Part shown: positions 26,671-36,061 of the stretch, piece by piece
How the letters are laid out: every line of letters starts with the position of its first letter
How positions within the stretch are numbered: the first letter of the stretch is position 1
IMG/VR virus record: IMGVR_UViG_3300026125_000002
Location: 1 to 61,467 of that record
Source: a virus
Taxonomy: Duplodnaviria; Caudoviricetes
Strand: one strand, 5' to 3'
DNA length: 61,467 bases
Made by a program: the position numbers and the translations under genes
The notes under the pieces: model-generated
What the model saw: only the letters and a program-made list of their open reading frames with translations
Told to the model about the DNA's origin: nothing
Databases searched by the model: none

Positions 26671-27480
26671 TCAAAATAAAGTTGGACCTACGTCTTGCCA
26701 GTCTCGGACTAGATCCATGACTCTTTGCCTATTATATAGGTTTATGCTTTTGTTGTCAAGCAACTTTTCAAAGTAGTCAGGAATACCCGCAACTAATTGT
26801 AGGTTCTCATGTTTGCGTCTCTTGATCTGTTTAATCTCTGAGAACGCTTCATGTATGGGCGCCTTTTGGGATGGTTTATTGAAAAAGTCCCAGTCGTGTT
26901 GCATCATCCAATCAGCAACTTCAGGTTCAAGATATGGTGCGATTAATTTCATACCATACTCTTCTGCTAGTTGCCTTTGCTGTAGAACACCCGCTGGATT
27001 CTCTGCCCCGAAGTAGTCTGTGCGGAACTTATCGAAAAGCTCTTTAGTGTGTTTGAAATGAATGTTAGCACGTTTAGAAACACCGTACCAACCATCAGCC
27101 GCTACACCAGACAATACTACTTTCTGTTCAATCTTTGGATACACATACAAGAATGGAAATGTGCATTCAACTTGGGTCTTCTTCTTACAACCGTACCTAT
27201 TTATAAGAGTAAAGAAGTCATCGGCTATATTATCTACGGGTACATTAACGCCAACGAAGTCCCAACCAAAATGCTCTGCAACGTCTTTAGCACCTAGACT
27301 ATCACTAGTCTGTTTACCGTTAACGTACATGCTATACCCAGTAACTTTCTTACCGAGTCTATGTGCGGCTAGCGCACACGTGATACTATCTGTTCCTGCC
27401 GATAAAAGAACGGCAACCTCATCAATACCTTGAGATTGCCTTTCTACAATATCGACAATGATATCGTCAATATTTTTCAT
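26671..27480 (-). CDS. Asparagine-synthetase-like ATP-dependent amide ligase (synthetase domain only)
   Basis: LLSAGTDS PP-loop; VLSGVAADGWYG; APYL; no N-terminal glutaminase domain. Confidence 0.8.
   Translation of the reverse strand: MKNIDDIIVDIVERQSQGIDEVAVLLSAGTDSITCALAAHRLGKKVTGYSMYVNGKQTSDSLGAKDVAEHFGWDFVGVNVPVDNIADDFFTLINRYGCKKKTQVECTFPFLYVYPKIEQKVVLSGVAADGWYGVSKRANIHFKHTKELFDKFRTDYFGAENPAGVLQQRQLAEEYGMKLIAPYLEPEVADWMMQHDWDFFNKPSQKAPIHEAFSEIKQIKRRKHENLQLVAGIPDYFEKLLDNKSINLYNRQRVMDLVRDWQDVGPTLF
26731..26759 (-). promoter_or_regulatory. Consensus sigma70 promoter for the MTase-cmoA pair, inside the upstream gene
   Basis: TTGACA-17-TATAAT. Confidence 0.7.
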
Positions 27481-29189
27481 TATGCTGCCATTCTACTAAA
27501 GTTCTTCACTTTCTCAAATCTTACTACATGATCAAACTTCTCATACAATTGATCACCTTTATGACTAATTATAAAGATGTTTGAGTCTGCTGTCAACTCA
27601 TTTATGATCTTAAGAAATTCATCAGTACCAGAGGTGTCTAATGAAGAATCCATAATCTCATCCATAATGAGTAGGTTAGTCGATACTGAGTTTCTTAGTT
27701 TACTAACGGCTCGCCACGTGAATAGTAGGGCAAGGTCAATACGTAGCTTCTCGCCTTCGGAGAAAGAAGCATAAGAAAACACATCACGAAAACGGCTCTT
27801 AATAGTCTCATTGAAGTTTTCATCCAATTCAAATTGCACAAAGAAGTCCATAGCGGCTAGGTACTTGTTAATGAGTTTGTTCATAACAGGTACGTACTGC
27901 TTAATGATTCGAGTCTTGATACCACCATCTTTCAACATAGATGATACAATACCCAAAGTCTCTTTATCTTCAAACAACTGATTTTGCTTGTTATGATAAG
28001 TTACTAGATCATCTTCAAGTTTAGCAATAGAAGTAGTATCGATAGCTTCTACCTGCTGTTCTGCATTTGTCAACTCTTCTTTGATTGCTTTGCAAGTATT
28101 CATTGCAATCTTGTAGTTTGCGTTATGCTCAGACATTTCTAGGTTCTTAGCTGAGATTGTAGATTCAACACCATCAATCTCTTCTAGTCGAGTCTCTACA
28201 CTATTAAATCGATCTTGCAATTGTTCTCTTGCTGATTCGACTTCTGAGATTTTGGTTGTGGTTCCTTCGATCTCTTGTGTTTTGAACTCATGTTCGATAC
28301 CTTGTCTACAGGTTGGACAATCATCGTGTTCCCTATAGAATTCGATATCTTTTCGTAGTTTCGATAGTTTATTGGAAAGTTGACCATCAATTTTCTGTAG
28401 CTCCTGTAGCTTCTTCTTCATAGAAGCTTTGTCAGATACGCTCTGGGTTAGTTCTGTAACTTCATCCATTAGCGTCTGTACAGCTTCCTGCTCTGCTTCA
28501 ATAATACTTATCTGTTCCTTGAGTTTAGCTTTAAGCTTGGCTACTTCACCCTCTCGCAACTGACGAATAGATTCGTTATGCTCTTTAGCGCTATCAATCT
28601 TATTCTCAAGTAAATCGATCTGGTACTTGATTTCTTGAATCTCTTCTTTATTACTAGATACACGCTCTTTCAATAGTGTATTCATCACAGTAAAGATTTG
28701 AATATCAAGTAGGTCTTCGATTACTTCACGGCGATCTTTTGCGCTCAACTGCATGAACGGTACAAACGTACTAGAACCAAGAACAACTACTTGACCAAAG
28801 GACTTGTAGTTCATCTTCAAGATGTTTTCTTCTAGATATGCTTGATAGTCACGTACTGCGGCATCTTGATTGACTAGTTCACCATTGCACCAAATCTCAA
28901 AGATGTTGGGTTTGATACCACGCTTAATGTTGTACTTCTTCTTACCAATCTCAAAGTCTAACTCTACTCGCAAGTCTTTCTTGTTGATAGAGTTTAGCAA
29001 CTGTGGCTTCTTAATGTTACGAAACGCTTTACCGTACAATGCAAAAGCAATGGCGTCAAGCATAGTAGACTTGCCTGCACCATTGTCACCAACGATAAGC
29101 GTAGACTTGTTACGATCTAGCTCAATCGTAGTCCACGCATTACCAGTTGAAAGAATGTTCTTAAAGCGTACTTCTTTGAATAGAATCAT
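27480..29189 (-). CDS. gp46: Recombination nuclease ATPase subunit (gp46, Rad50/SbcC-like)
   Basis: GDNGAGKST; CPTC zinc hook; FSEGEK; LIMDE; ISH. Confidence 0.97.
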   Translation of the reverse strand: MILFKEVRFKNILSTGNAWTTIELDRNKSTLIVGDNGAGKSTMLDAIAFALYGKAFRNIKKPQLLNSINKKDLRVELDFEIGKKKYNIKRGIKPNIFEIWCNGELVNQDAAVRDYQAYLEENILKMNYKSFGQVVVLGSSTFVPFMQLSAKDRREVIEDLLDIQIFTVMNTLLKERVSSNKEEIQEIKYQIDLLENKIDSAKEHNESIRQLREGEVAKLKAKLKEQISIIEAEQEAVQTLMDEVTELTQSVSDKASMKKKLQELQKIDGQLSNKLSKLRKDIEFYREHDDCPTCRQGIEHEFKTQEIEGTTTKISEVESAREQLQDRFNSVETRLEEIDGVESTISAKNLEMSEHNANYKIAMNTCKAIKEELTNAEQQVEAIDTTSIAKLEDDLVTYHNKQNQLFEDKETLGIVSSMLKDGGIKTRIIKQYVPVMNKLINKYLAAMDFFVQFELDENFNETIKSRFRDVFSYASFSEGEKLRIDLALLFTWRAVSKLRNSVSTNLLIMDEIMDSSLDTSGTDEFLKIINELTADSNIFIISHKGDQLYEKFDHVVRFEKVKNFSRMAA

Positions 29190-30253
29190 AGGCTCATTGC
29201 CTCTTGATATAGCTCATTCAAGAACTTCTGAATCTTCACTTTATCACCCTTAATCTCTAAGTTATCAACGTATTGACGCAAGATGGTCATAGTGTCTTGC
29301 GCCTCATCGATAAGCTCATCTTCATTAATTACGTCAAGATTTTGATGATCCTCAACAACTTTGATATCAGCAGGTGCCGCTTTCTGCAAGCGGTCTAAGA
29401 ATAGATCAAAGATGTAAGGATTCTCTTTCTTGCTTACTATAACTTTAATGAAAGTATTTGTCAATGGAGAAGTGTCAAGATTTGCAACATCTTCAATAGT
29501 CATATCAGCATCATCATACGTGATCTTGTGGAACAAACGTAGAGGATTGCGTACATATGTCATTTTACGTGTTGATGTGTCAAACACACTAAAGCCACGC
29601 TTCTGGTCATAGTCAGACCACGTTAGCTCATATTGGGCACCTAGATATGTAATGTTACCATGTGAAGATGGTTGATGAAAGTGACCAGAGTACACTGCAT
29701 CGAACTTAGAGAACACATTACGGTCCATACCGTGATCGCAGATATGACCCTTGTCCATTTCATAACCAACAATCTCGAAGTGACCCATTAGAATCTGCGC
29801 TTTAGTCTCAGCCATAGCTTTCATAGAGGCATCGTGATTCTCAGCACAAATCCACGGAGCAAGCATAATCTTACAGCCGTCCATGTCTAGCTCTACTGGT
29901 TCTTCCCAGAATAGATGTAGATTATCATAGCTTGAGTTGCCATACAGTTGACGTAGACTGTTTACGTCATTAGTATTCTTGAAGTAAGTGTCGTGGTTAC
30001 CTGCGATCATGTATAGCTGAATACCCTCTTCAGCGCACACTCGCATAAACTGCTCTTCAAGATTCTTTGCTGTTACAAAGTTAATGTACTTGCGTCTATC
30101 TGTAACATCGCCTAAGTGAAAGATCGTCTTGATATCGTTTTCACGTAAGTATGGAAAGAACACCTCACGATAGAACTGGTGTTGGTGCTCTGCAATAGCC
30201 GCATTGTCATTACGTGCTCCAAAATGTGTATCGTTTAATATAGCTATACGCAT
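29186..30253 (-). CDS. gp47: Recombination nuclease subunit (gp47, Mre11/SbcD-like)
   Basis: DTHFG, HLGD, GNHD and SGHFH motifs. Confidence 0.97.
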   Translation of the reverse strand: MRIAILNDTHFGARNDNAAIAEHQHQFYREVFFPYLRENDIKTIFHLGDVTDRRKYINFVTAKNLEEQFMRVCAEEGIQLYMIAGNHDTYFKNTNDVNSLRQLYGNSSYDNLHLFWEEPVELDMDGCKIMLAPWICAENHDASMKAMAETKAQILMGHFEIVGYEMDKGHICDHGMDRNVFSKFDAVYSGHFHQPSSHGNITYLGAQYELTWSDYDQKRGFSVFDTSTRKMTYVRNPLRLFHKITYDDADMTIEDVANLDTSPLTNTFIKVIVSKKENPYIFDLFLDRLQKAAPADIKVVEDHQNLDVINEDELIDEAQDTMTILRQYVDNLEIKGDKVKIQKFLNELYQEAMSL

Positions 30254-30266
30254 ATATTCCTCATAA

Positions 30267-31106
30267 TTAACTTGGTAATGAATCGATGTAGCGCTTAGCT
30301 TCTGATTTACTAAACAGACCTACACGTACCATTCTCTCAATTAGTGGTATTGCATCTTGCTTAGATACAGGTACCAATTCGCCTACATTGTAACAGTAAT
30401 TTGCTACTGTGTCAACCAATTCTTGCTCTGTCATAACTCCATCCTTTCCAACACGAAATGCTGGGTCGATTCCATTAGCATAGAACTTTTTGTACAAGTG
30501 CTTACTAATACCAGTAGCTTCTTTGAAATCATTCCAACCTAGATATGTTTCGCCATTGTACTCTATTCTTAATGCAGTCTTTTCTTTAGACTTTTGTGCA
30601 CCGCTCTTAGAACGTTCTCTTTGTTCTTTTAGATACTGGTCGTAGTTTTCTTTGCGCTTAGCGTTTAGATCGTTCATTCGCTCAGACTGCGCTTCTCTAC
30701 GCTCTACTGCATCTTCCCACTGTTTATAAACACCCTCAGTTACTTTAGTTATCCACTCAGGGTTTTGTTTAGAAGGGTGATTCTCTTTTAAAAAGTTAGA
30801 CCAAGCAATTCTAAATGCATTGTACTGTCTAGAGTTTAGTGGTTCAGTTTTACCGTGAACAATTCTATGTAATGCCCATTGCATCTTATAGTAATCATTA
30901 CCTTCTGTGAACTTAACTAACAGTCTATGTGCTATGTAATGCTCTCTTGCTGTTAGATTGACTAGATTCTCAGGGTCGTCTGAGCCACCAAGACTTCTAG
31001 GAAGAATATGGTGACTCTCGCAGTAGCATTCATTTTTGTCTAGTTGATCAACCTTGCGCTTATTGATTAGCTTATCGTAGATTCTTTTGTATTTGTTATC
31101 TATCAT
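30267..31106 (-). mobile_element. Free-standing HNH homing endonuclease gene
   Basis: ESHHILPRSLGGSDDPENLVNLTAREHYIAHRLL; inserted between gp55 and gp47; alternative GTG start at 31118. Confidence 0.85.
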
Positions 31107-31147
31107 TACGTACCCCACGTTACTCGGTGTCTGTAATGATATTTATA
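31101..31147 (-). promoter_or_regulatory. Late promoter plus start-codon-sequestering hairpin of the HNH gene
   Basis: TATAAATA at 31140-31147; 9-bp inverted repeat 31133-31141/31101-31109 covering ATG 31106. Confidence 0.6.
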
Positions 31148-31152
31148 CAAAA

Positions 31153-31731
31153 CTATTCCTCGGGAGGCGGGTTTTCCTCAACTATTTCATCATCATCCAT
31201 GAACTTCTCTAGTCCACGTTTAGTCTTACTCTGTTGCTTCTTCTTAGACTCCATACGCTTTTCATATGTAGCAACAAAGTCATTCATATAGTCATTGTCT
31301 AAATCGATATAGTTAGGATCACCCACATCATTGTCACCATCACGCTCTACAGCGGTATCGTGAATGACTGAGTTTTCGATAACCTTATGTCGAATATACA
31401 GTTGTTTCTTCTCTTTGTCAATACGTCTTAAGAATGCATACCAGATGATCTGTGTGAAGTATGCAAACGGATTACTAGACTTAGTTGGATCAAAGTTGCC
31501 TAGTGCTTGTACAGCATTTTCTAGACCATCGCTGATCATTTCGTCTTTATACGTGTAACCCGAAAAGTTAGGCTTAGTAGCTAGTCTAGTAGCAATCTGA
31601 TAAAGACATTCGCCAATGTAGTTAGGAATACGTGGCTCTGGCTTGCCTTCGGCAATCGCTGTCGCACACTGATTCTTATACTCAACAATAGCTGCTAAGA
31701 ATTCTGGATTGTTAACATAATTTCTGGACAT
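31153..31731 (-). CDS. gp55: Late-transcription sigma factor (gp55)
   Basis: YVNN.EFL, YIGEC..IA..L...PNF.GYTYK.EMI.DG and NPFAYFTQI..YAFLRRI motifs. Confidence 0.97.
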   Translation of the reverse strand: MSRNYVNNPEFLAAIVEYKNQCATAIAEGKPEPRIPNYIGECLYQIATRLATKPNFSGYTYKDEMISDGLENAVQALGNFDPTKSSNPFAYFTQIIWYAFLRRIDKEKKQLYIRHKVIENSVIHDTAVERDGDNDVGDPNYIDLDNDYMNDFVATYEKRMESKKKQQSKTKRGLEKFMDDDEIVEENPPPEE

Positions 31732-31756
31732 CATCACCTCATATAATTTTTTACAT

Positions 31757-31786
31757 AATATAGCAGATGTAGTGGTGGGTTGTCAA
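31757..31786 (-). promoter_or_regulatory. sigma70-type promoter for gp55
   Basis: TTGACA-18-TATATT with an extended -10 TG. Confidence 0.6.
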
Positions 31787-31820
31787 GGGCGTCTTTTTTG
31801 ATTATTTTTATAAGATACCC

Positions 31821-31849
31821 TTGACAGGTATTGGTAGGCTCTGTATAAT
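31821..31849 (+). promoter_or_regulatory. Consensus sigma70 promoter, antisense to the uvsY-uvsW operon
   Basis: TTGACA-17-TATAAT with an AT-rich upstream element; no credible plus-strand ORF downstream. Confidence 0.6.
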
Positions 31850-31874
31850 GGCTTCTAAGCCCTATAAGATAACT

Positions 31875-32246
31875 TTAATGCTTTGTAGATAGATATGCTT
31901 CTTCTAATGATGAAAGTATCTCTTCGACTTCGGAATCATTGTATTCTTTCTGAGGTGCTTCGTCAAGACCTTCACTGTTGTCGAATTGATGCATTCGCTC
32001 AAGAAACGATTCATAGTAGTTGATTGCTTTATCATTAGCAATATTTATGTAGTGAGAATCGGAACGATAAAAGACGGCAGTCTTTTCAGTAGAGAGCATC
32101 ATCCATGTCTTAGCATACAATCCATCTTTAGGATCGAATCCAAACTCTACTGGGTTCACTAGCACTACAAAGTCTTCACCCGTATCTTGTAAAACACCAA
32201 CAACGTCTTGGCCTGTTTTGAGCTTTACATTTAGGTACTCTGCCAT
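31875..32246 (-). CDS. Conserved protein downstream of uvsW (Sm-like N-terminus)
   Basis: NVKLKTGQDVVG...NPV...WM; SD AAGGAG. Confidence 0.65.
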   Translation of the reverse strand: MAEYLNVKLKTGQDVVGVLQDTGEDFVVLVNPVEFGFDPKDGLYAKTWMMLSTEKTAVFYRSDSHYINIANDKAINYYESFLERMHQFDNSEGLDEAPQKEYNDSEVEEILSSLEEAYLSTKH

Positions 32247-32257
32247 TGTTTGCTCCT

Positions 32258-33709
32258 TCACTTCATGTCAATATTATATATACGAAACTCAAAACCCTCA
32301 TTGCTGTAAATCTTTACACGCTCTTTGAAGTGCCTTACAGCGAAGTTTTCTTTTGCTTTCCACTGTAGATCGTCTACAATATCATACAGTGTTGCTTTCT
32401 CTTTACCGTTTCCTTTACGTAGTACACGACCAATTGATTGCAGATTTCTTATCTTAGATTTAGAAGGGGAAGCAAAGATAACATTGTCAAGGCGCTTAAT
32501 ATTGACACCAGTAGAAAAAGTGCCATAACTGGCAAGTATAATGTTATCACTACTGGACTCAGCAATGTGCCTAACCGCTTCCCTATCTTCTGCGTTAACA
32601 CCACCATGAATGAAGTGTACGGCTTTTTCATCATGCTCAAGCATAGGCGCCAGAATACGACCGTGTTTGTCAACAAATTGAAATAGTATGAGTGTATTCC
32701 CTTTGAGTGACCAAGCCAAGTTTCTAATGAACTTGTTTCTTGCTTCGTTTTGTACAATCCAATTAATCTCTTCTTGATACGACTTATTTTTATTTATCTT
32801 TCTAATTTCAGGGCTATATTGAAGAACAAGTGCCTTGATATCGAATGTAGCAAGTGTCTTCTCTTCAATAAGTTTCTTAGTCTCAGTAACTTGAAATACT
32901 GGACCAAACAGACCTTCTAGTACTAGTTTATGTGTCTGTGATTCGTCTAGTGTACCAGTGAAGCCATAACGATACTTAACGTGAGGAGTCTTCTCCATAA
33001 CTTTAGTCAGAGACTTAGCTTTGAACAAGTGCGCTTCGTCACCAATCACAACGTCAAACTTTTCGTACCACTGCTTAGGCAGCTTGTAGATAGACTGCCA
33101 TGTTGTTATTGTGTAGTCAGCATCTACATTCTTATCTACGCCACCCATGATTCTGTGAATATCAAGTGGACGCTTTTTGTTGTAGTCGAGAAAGTCTGTA
33201 GCCATCTGTGATACGAGTGAAGTAGTTGGTACTACAACTAGAACTTTTCGACCTTGCTCTACGTGATAACGTGCCGTTAAGTAAATGATGTATGACTTAC
33301 CAGATGCAGTTGGTGATAGAAAAAGACCACGATTCATGCGTAGTGCATGTGCTACAGCATTATTTTGATAGTCACGTGGATCAAATGCACAGTCAAACTC
33401 TTTAGCTAGATTGTAACCTGCATTAGCGTCAAACTCTTCTGGTATAGCTAAGCGTGGATCAACTTCTACTTCGTAGTCACGGGCTTTACAAAACTTTAGT
33501 ACGTACTGATACAGACCAGCGTAAACAAGACCAGTCATTGAATTGAATAGTCGAACTTTACCATCCCACATACGATTCTTGTATGCGGGCATGAACTTGT
33601 AGCCAGGCACGAAAAACTCAAAGTATTCGCTAAGCGCCATTTTGATTGAAGGCTCAGCGTGAATACGTATGTTGATTTCGTCTACCTTTTCAATACGCAC
33701 TAGTTCCAT
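32258..33709 (-). CDS. uvsW: SF2 helicase UvsW
   Basis: WDGKVRLF, SPTASGKS, GDEAH, GFTGT and QSIGRVLR motifs. Confidence 0.97.
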   Translation of the reverse strand: MELVRIEKVDEINIRIHAEPSIKMALSEYFEFFVPGYKFMPAYKNRMWDGKVRLFNSMTGLVYAGLYQYVLKFCKARDYEVEVDPRLAIPEEFDANAGYNLAKEFDCAFDPRDYQNNAVAHALRMNRGLFLSPTASGKSYIIYLTARYHVEQGRKVLVVVPTTSLVSQMATDFLDYNKKRPLDIHRIMGGVDKNVDADYTITTWQSIYKLPKQWYEKFDVVIGDEAHLFKAKSLTKVMEKTPHVKYRYGFTGTLDESQTHKLVLEGLFGPVFQVTETKKLIEEKTLATFDIKALVLQYSPEIRKINKNKSYQEEINWIVQNEARNKFIRNLAWSLKGNTLILFQFVDKHGRILAPMLEHDEKAVHFIHGGVNAEDREAVRHIAESSSDNIILASYGTFSTGVNIKRLDNVIFASPSKSKIRNLQSIGRVLRKGNGKEKATLYDIVDDLQWKAKENFAVRHFKERVKIYSNEGFEFRIYNIDMK

Positions 33710-33715
33710 AAAATA

Positions 33716-34153
33716 TTACATTGCTCCAGTTCTAAAGCGCTCCCAGTCTACGATAGTCTTCAACTGAAAGCCTCTATTGTTTATCATTTTTATAATAGAT
33801 TCTAGATAACTTACTTTCTCTTCTTGCATACCGATACGTAGTGATAGCTTGATAACATCATCGTCTGCTTCGATATAAGAAGGTACATCTGACTTGAGTA
33901 TTTTTAGAGGTTGAGGTTCCCAGCCATATTCTTTCAACTCTTCAATATCTAGTTCACCACGATAGTATTCGCCTTTGAGCTTAACGAGTTTCTTGTAATC
34001 TGCTTTAAGCTTCTTTAGACGTAAGCCTTCGTCAACGTAGACACGGAAGTATTTGTTGTGTAGCTTGGGTATGTTAGCTGATTCGCTAGAGATATTTGTT
34101 TGATCAATCTCACTGTCATTCGCCCACATTTCATAGATTTCTTCAATATTCAT
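33716..34153 (-). CDS. uvsY: Recombination mediator UvsY
   Basis: ESANIPKLHNKY, YYRG, YIEAD and INNRGFQLK motifs. Confidence 0.92.
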   Translation of the reverse strand: MNIEEIYEMWANDSEIDQTNISSESANIPKLHNKYFRVYVDEGLRLKKLKADYKKLVKLKGEYYRGELDIEELKEYGWEPQPLKILKSDVPSYIEADDDVIKLSLRIGMQEEKVSYLESIIKMINNRGFQLKTIVDWERFRTGAM

Positions 34154-34192
34154 AATCACCTCATTTCAAAAAACATCACGTTACAGTACTAT

Positions 34193-34687
34193 TTATGCTC
34201 CTTTCACAGAGATATCGTAAGACGAATACTTAAACGATAGCGATACTGTTGGTGGTGCAATATCTGTTTGCGATGTAGACAGATCAATGTTACCTACACT
34301 AATTGGGAACAAGTCTTTAAACGTAACTTCGATATTAGCGTTTTTGTTGCTATTCATAATAGTAAGAGTAGCGTCTGAGTATAGACCTTGATCGCTTGTA
34401 GATAGCTGGTTGTATTGTTCAAAGCCTTCTGGTTTAGTTAGCGCAATCAACCAACGCCATACATCAAGATAAGAAGTCATATCTTCATCTACAACAATAG
34501 TCATCTGTAGATCACCAAACTCTACTTTATCGCCATGATGATAGATCGTTTTAAATGGTGTAAATTGTGTAGTGTAACCAGAAGAGATATCAGGCAAAGT
34601 AACACCTTGAATGTAAAACTCTACATTCGGTAGTCGTTGAATAGTAAAGCGAAACTCTACTGGATTGATAAAATTAAAGTTTGTCAT
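34193..34687 (-). CDS. gp3: Tail tube terminator (gp3-like)
   Basis: F.F.I.RLPNVEF, GDKVEFGDL..IVVDEDM and DLFP motifs; syntenic position. Confidence 0.85.
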   Translation of the reverse strand: MTNFNFINPVEFRFTIQRLPNVEFYIQGVTLPDISSGYTTQFTPFKTIYHHGDKVEFGDLQMTIVVDEDMTSYLDVWRWLIALTKPEGFEQYNQLSTSDQGLYSDATLTIMNSNKNANIEVTFKDLFPISVGNIDLSTSQTDIAPPTVSLSFKYSSYDISVKGA

Positions 34688-34729
34688 GTTGACCTCTCTT
34701 ATGATCTGTATTACTATTTATGCAGACAT

Positions 34730-34757
34730 AAAAAAAGGGAGTCTCGAAAGACTCCCC
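34730..34757 (-). terminator. Rho-independent terminator after gp23
   Basis: GGGAGTCT-TTCG-AGACTCCC followed by TTTTTTT. Confidence 0.9.
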
Positions 34758-34786
34758 AAAACGTTCGGTTAACCGACTTCTTATTA

Positions 34787-36013
34787 TTAGAGTAGGTTAG
34801 TTACCGCAGTACGACGGTAGTAAACGTTAGTGTTAGCCGCTAGTGCACCTTGGTTAGCGTCAGAAGCGCCACGTGCAAATGGGTTAGCAACCATGCCGTA
34901 GCGAGTCTTGAAGCCAAGCTTAGACTGGAAGCTGTTTTCACCAACTGCACGAACCATTTGTAGAGGTACGTATGGGCAGTAGAAGATACCAGCGTCAAAT
35001 GCAGATGCACCTTTGTAGCCAACTACTAGGTAGTTAGAACCAGCATATGGGTCGATGTATACACGGAAACGACCGTTTAGTACACCAGCGAAAGTGTTGC
35101 CAGTGTCATCTGGGTTTAGGTTGTTAGCATTTAGAGCAGGAGTGTAATCTAGAACACCAGCCATTTGTAGAGCAGATGCAACATCAGATGAACATAGGAT
35201 GATGTTACCTTTACCACGGCGAGTATCTTTAGCGATTTGGTTTGCTTCTTTCTCGATCTGGAACATTAGACCTTTGAATTTCTCAACAGACCAACGACCG
35301 TTAGCGTCAACGTCTAGATCGAAAGTACCAGCAGAGGCAGTATCTTGTGAACCTGCAACAGCGTTAGTGCGAACAGTGTTCACTACTTCACGGTTGATCT
35401 CAGCTAGTAGTTCAGCAGAAAGCATGTTAGCTAGCTCAGTTTCAGCGTCAAGACCGTGGATTGCTTTAAGGTCTTGAGCAAGTTCAGTAGTGTACTCTGC
35501 TTTCAATGCACGTGATTGAGCAGTTACAGATACTTTATCGATGCTGAAAGACATTTCAGCGAATTCATCACCTACACCATCACCTAGAGCTTCAGCATCA
35601 CCAGTTGCCATAGCACCAGAGAAGGTTGAATCAGCTTCACCGTAGAAAGCTTCATCGCCAGCAGTAGTAGCACCACGAGTAGTTGCGTACTTAGAACGCA
35701 TTGCAAAGATTAGACCAGTAGGACCAGTCATTGGCTGTACGCCAGCAATGTCGTATGCAACTAGGTTAGGCATAGCACGGCGAACGAGAGAGATAAGTAC
35801 TGGATCGTAGTTATCAACGTTAGCAGTGTTGTTAGCAGGTGCCGCTTCTGATAGGAAAGAAGACGGTGAGTAAGACTGACCTTCTTTGAGAGCAGTTTCA
35901 GTGTTTTCAAGCAAAGTTGCAGTTACAGCTTGACGATGCTTGTCTTTGATACCTGGAAGCGCCTCATGCTCAAGGATAGGCCCCCACTTTTTCATTAGTT
36001 CTTCGTTTCTCAT
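34787..36013 (-). CDS. gp23: Major capsid protein (gp23)
   Basis: KKWGPILEH, GVQPMTGPTGLIFAMR, SRALKAEYT.ELAQDLKAIHGLDAE and FYCPYVPL motifs; start MRNEEL with SD AAGGAG. Confidence 0.98.
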   Translation of the reverse strand: MRNEELMKKWGPILEHEALPGIKDKHRQAVTATLLENTETALKEGQSYSPSSFLSEAAPANNTANVDNYDPVLISLVRRAMPNLVAYDIAGVQPMTGPTGLIFAMRSKYATTRGATTAGDEAFYGEADSTFSGAMATGDAEALGDGVGDEFAEMSFSIDKVSVTAQSRALKAEYTTELAQDLKAIHGLDAETELANMLSAELLAEINREVVNTVRTNAVAGSQDTASAGTFDLDVDANGRWSVEKFKGLMFQIEKEANQIAKDTRRGKGNIILCSSDVASALQMAGVLDYTPALNANNLNPDDTGNTFAGVLNGRFRVYIDPYAGSNYLVVGYKGASAFDAGIFYCPYVPLQMVRAVGENSFQSKLGFKTRYGMVANPFARGASDANQGALAANTNVYYRRTAVTNLL

Positions 36014-36047
36014 TTGATTTTCTCCTTTTTGAGATGTATTCAAGTAC

Positions 36048-36055
36048 TATTTATA
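36048..36055 (-). promoter_or_regulatory. T4-type late promoter TATAAATA for gp23
   Basis: Exact consensus 35 nt upstream of the ATG. Confidence 0.85.
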
Positions 36056-36061
36056 AATTTT

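Noticed and set aside
30267-31118. Intron-encoded endonuclease, or inteins in core genes
   Set aside because: gp55 and gp47 are intact on either side; gp43, gp41, gp17, UvsW and UvsX have normal lengths and no intein motifs.
34765-34776. 12-bp palindrome TCGGTTAACCGA after the gp23 stop
   Set aside because: Only one copy noticed, beside the terminator; no evidence for an operator role.
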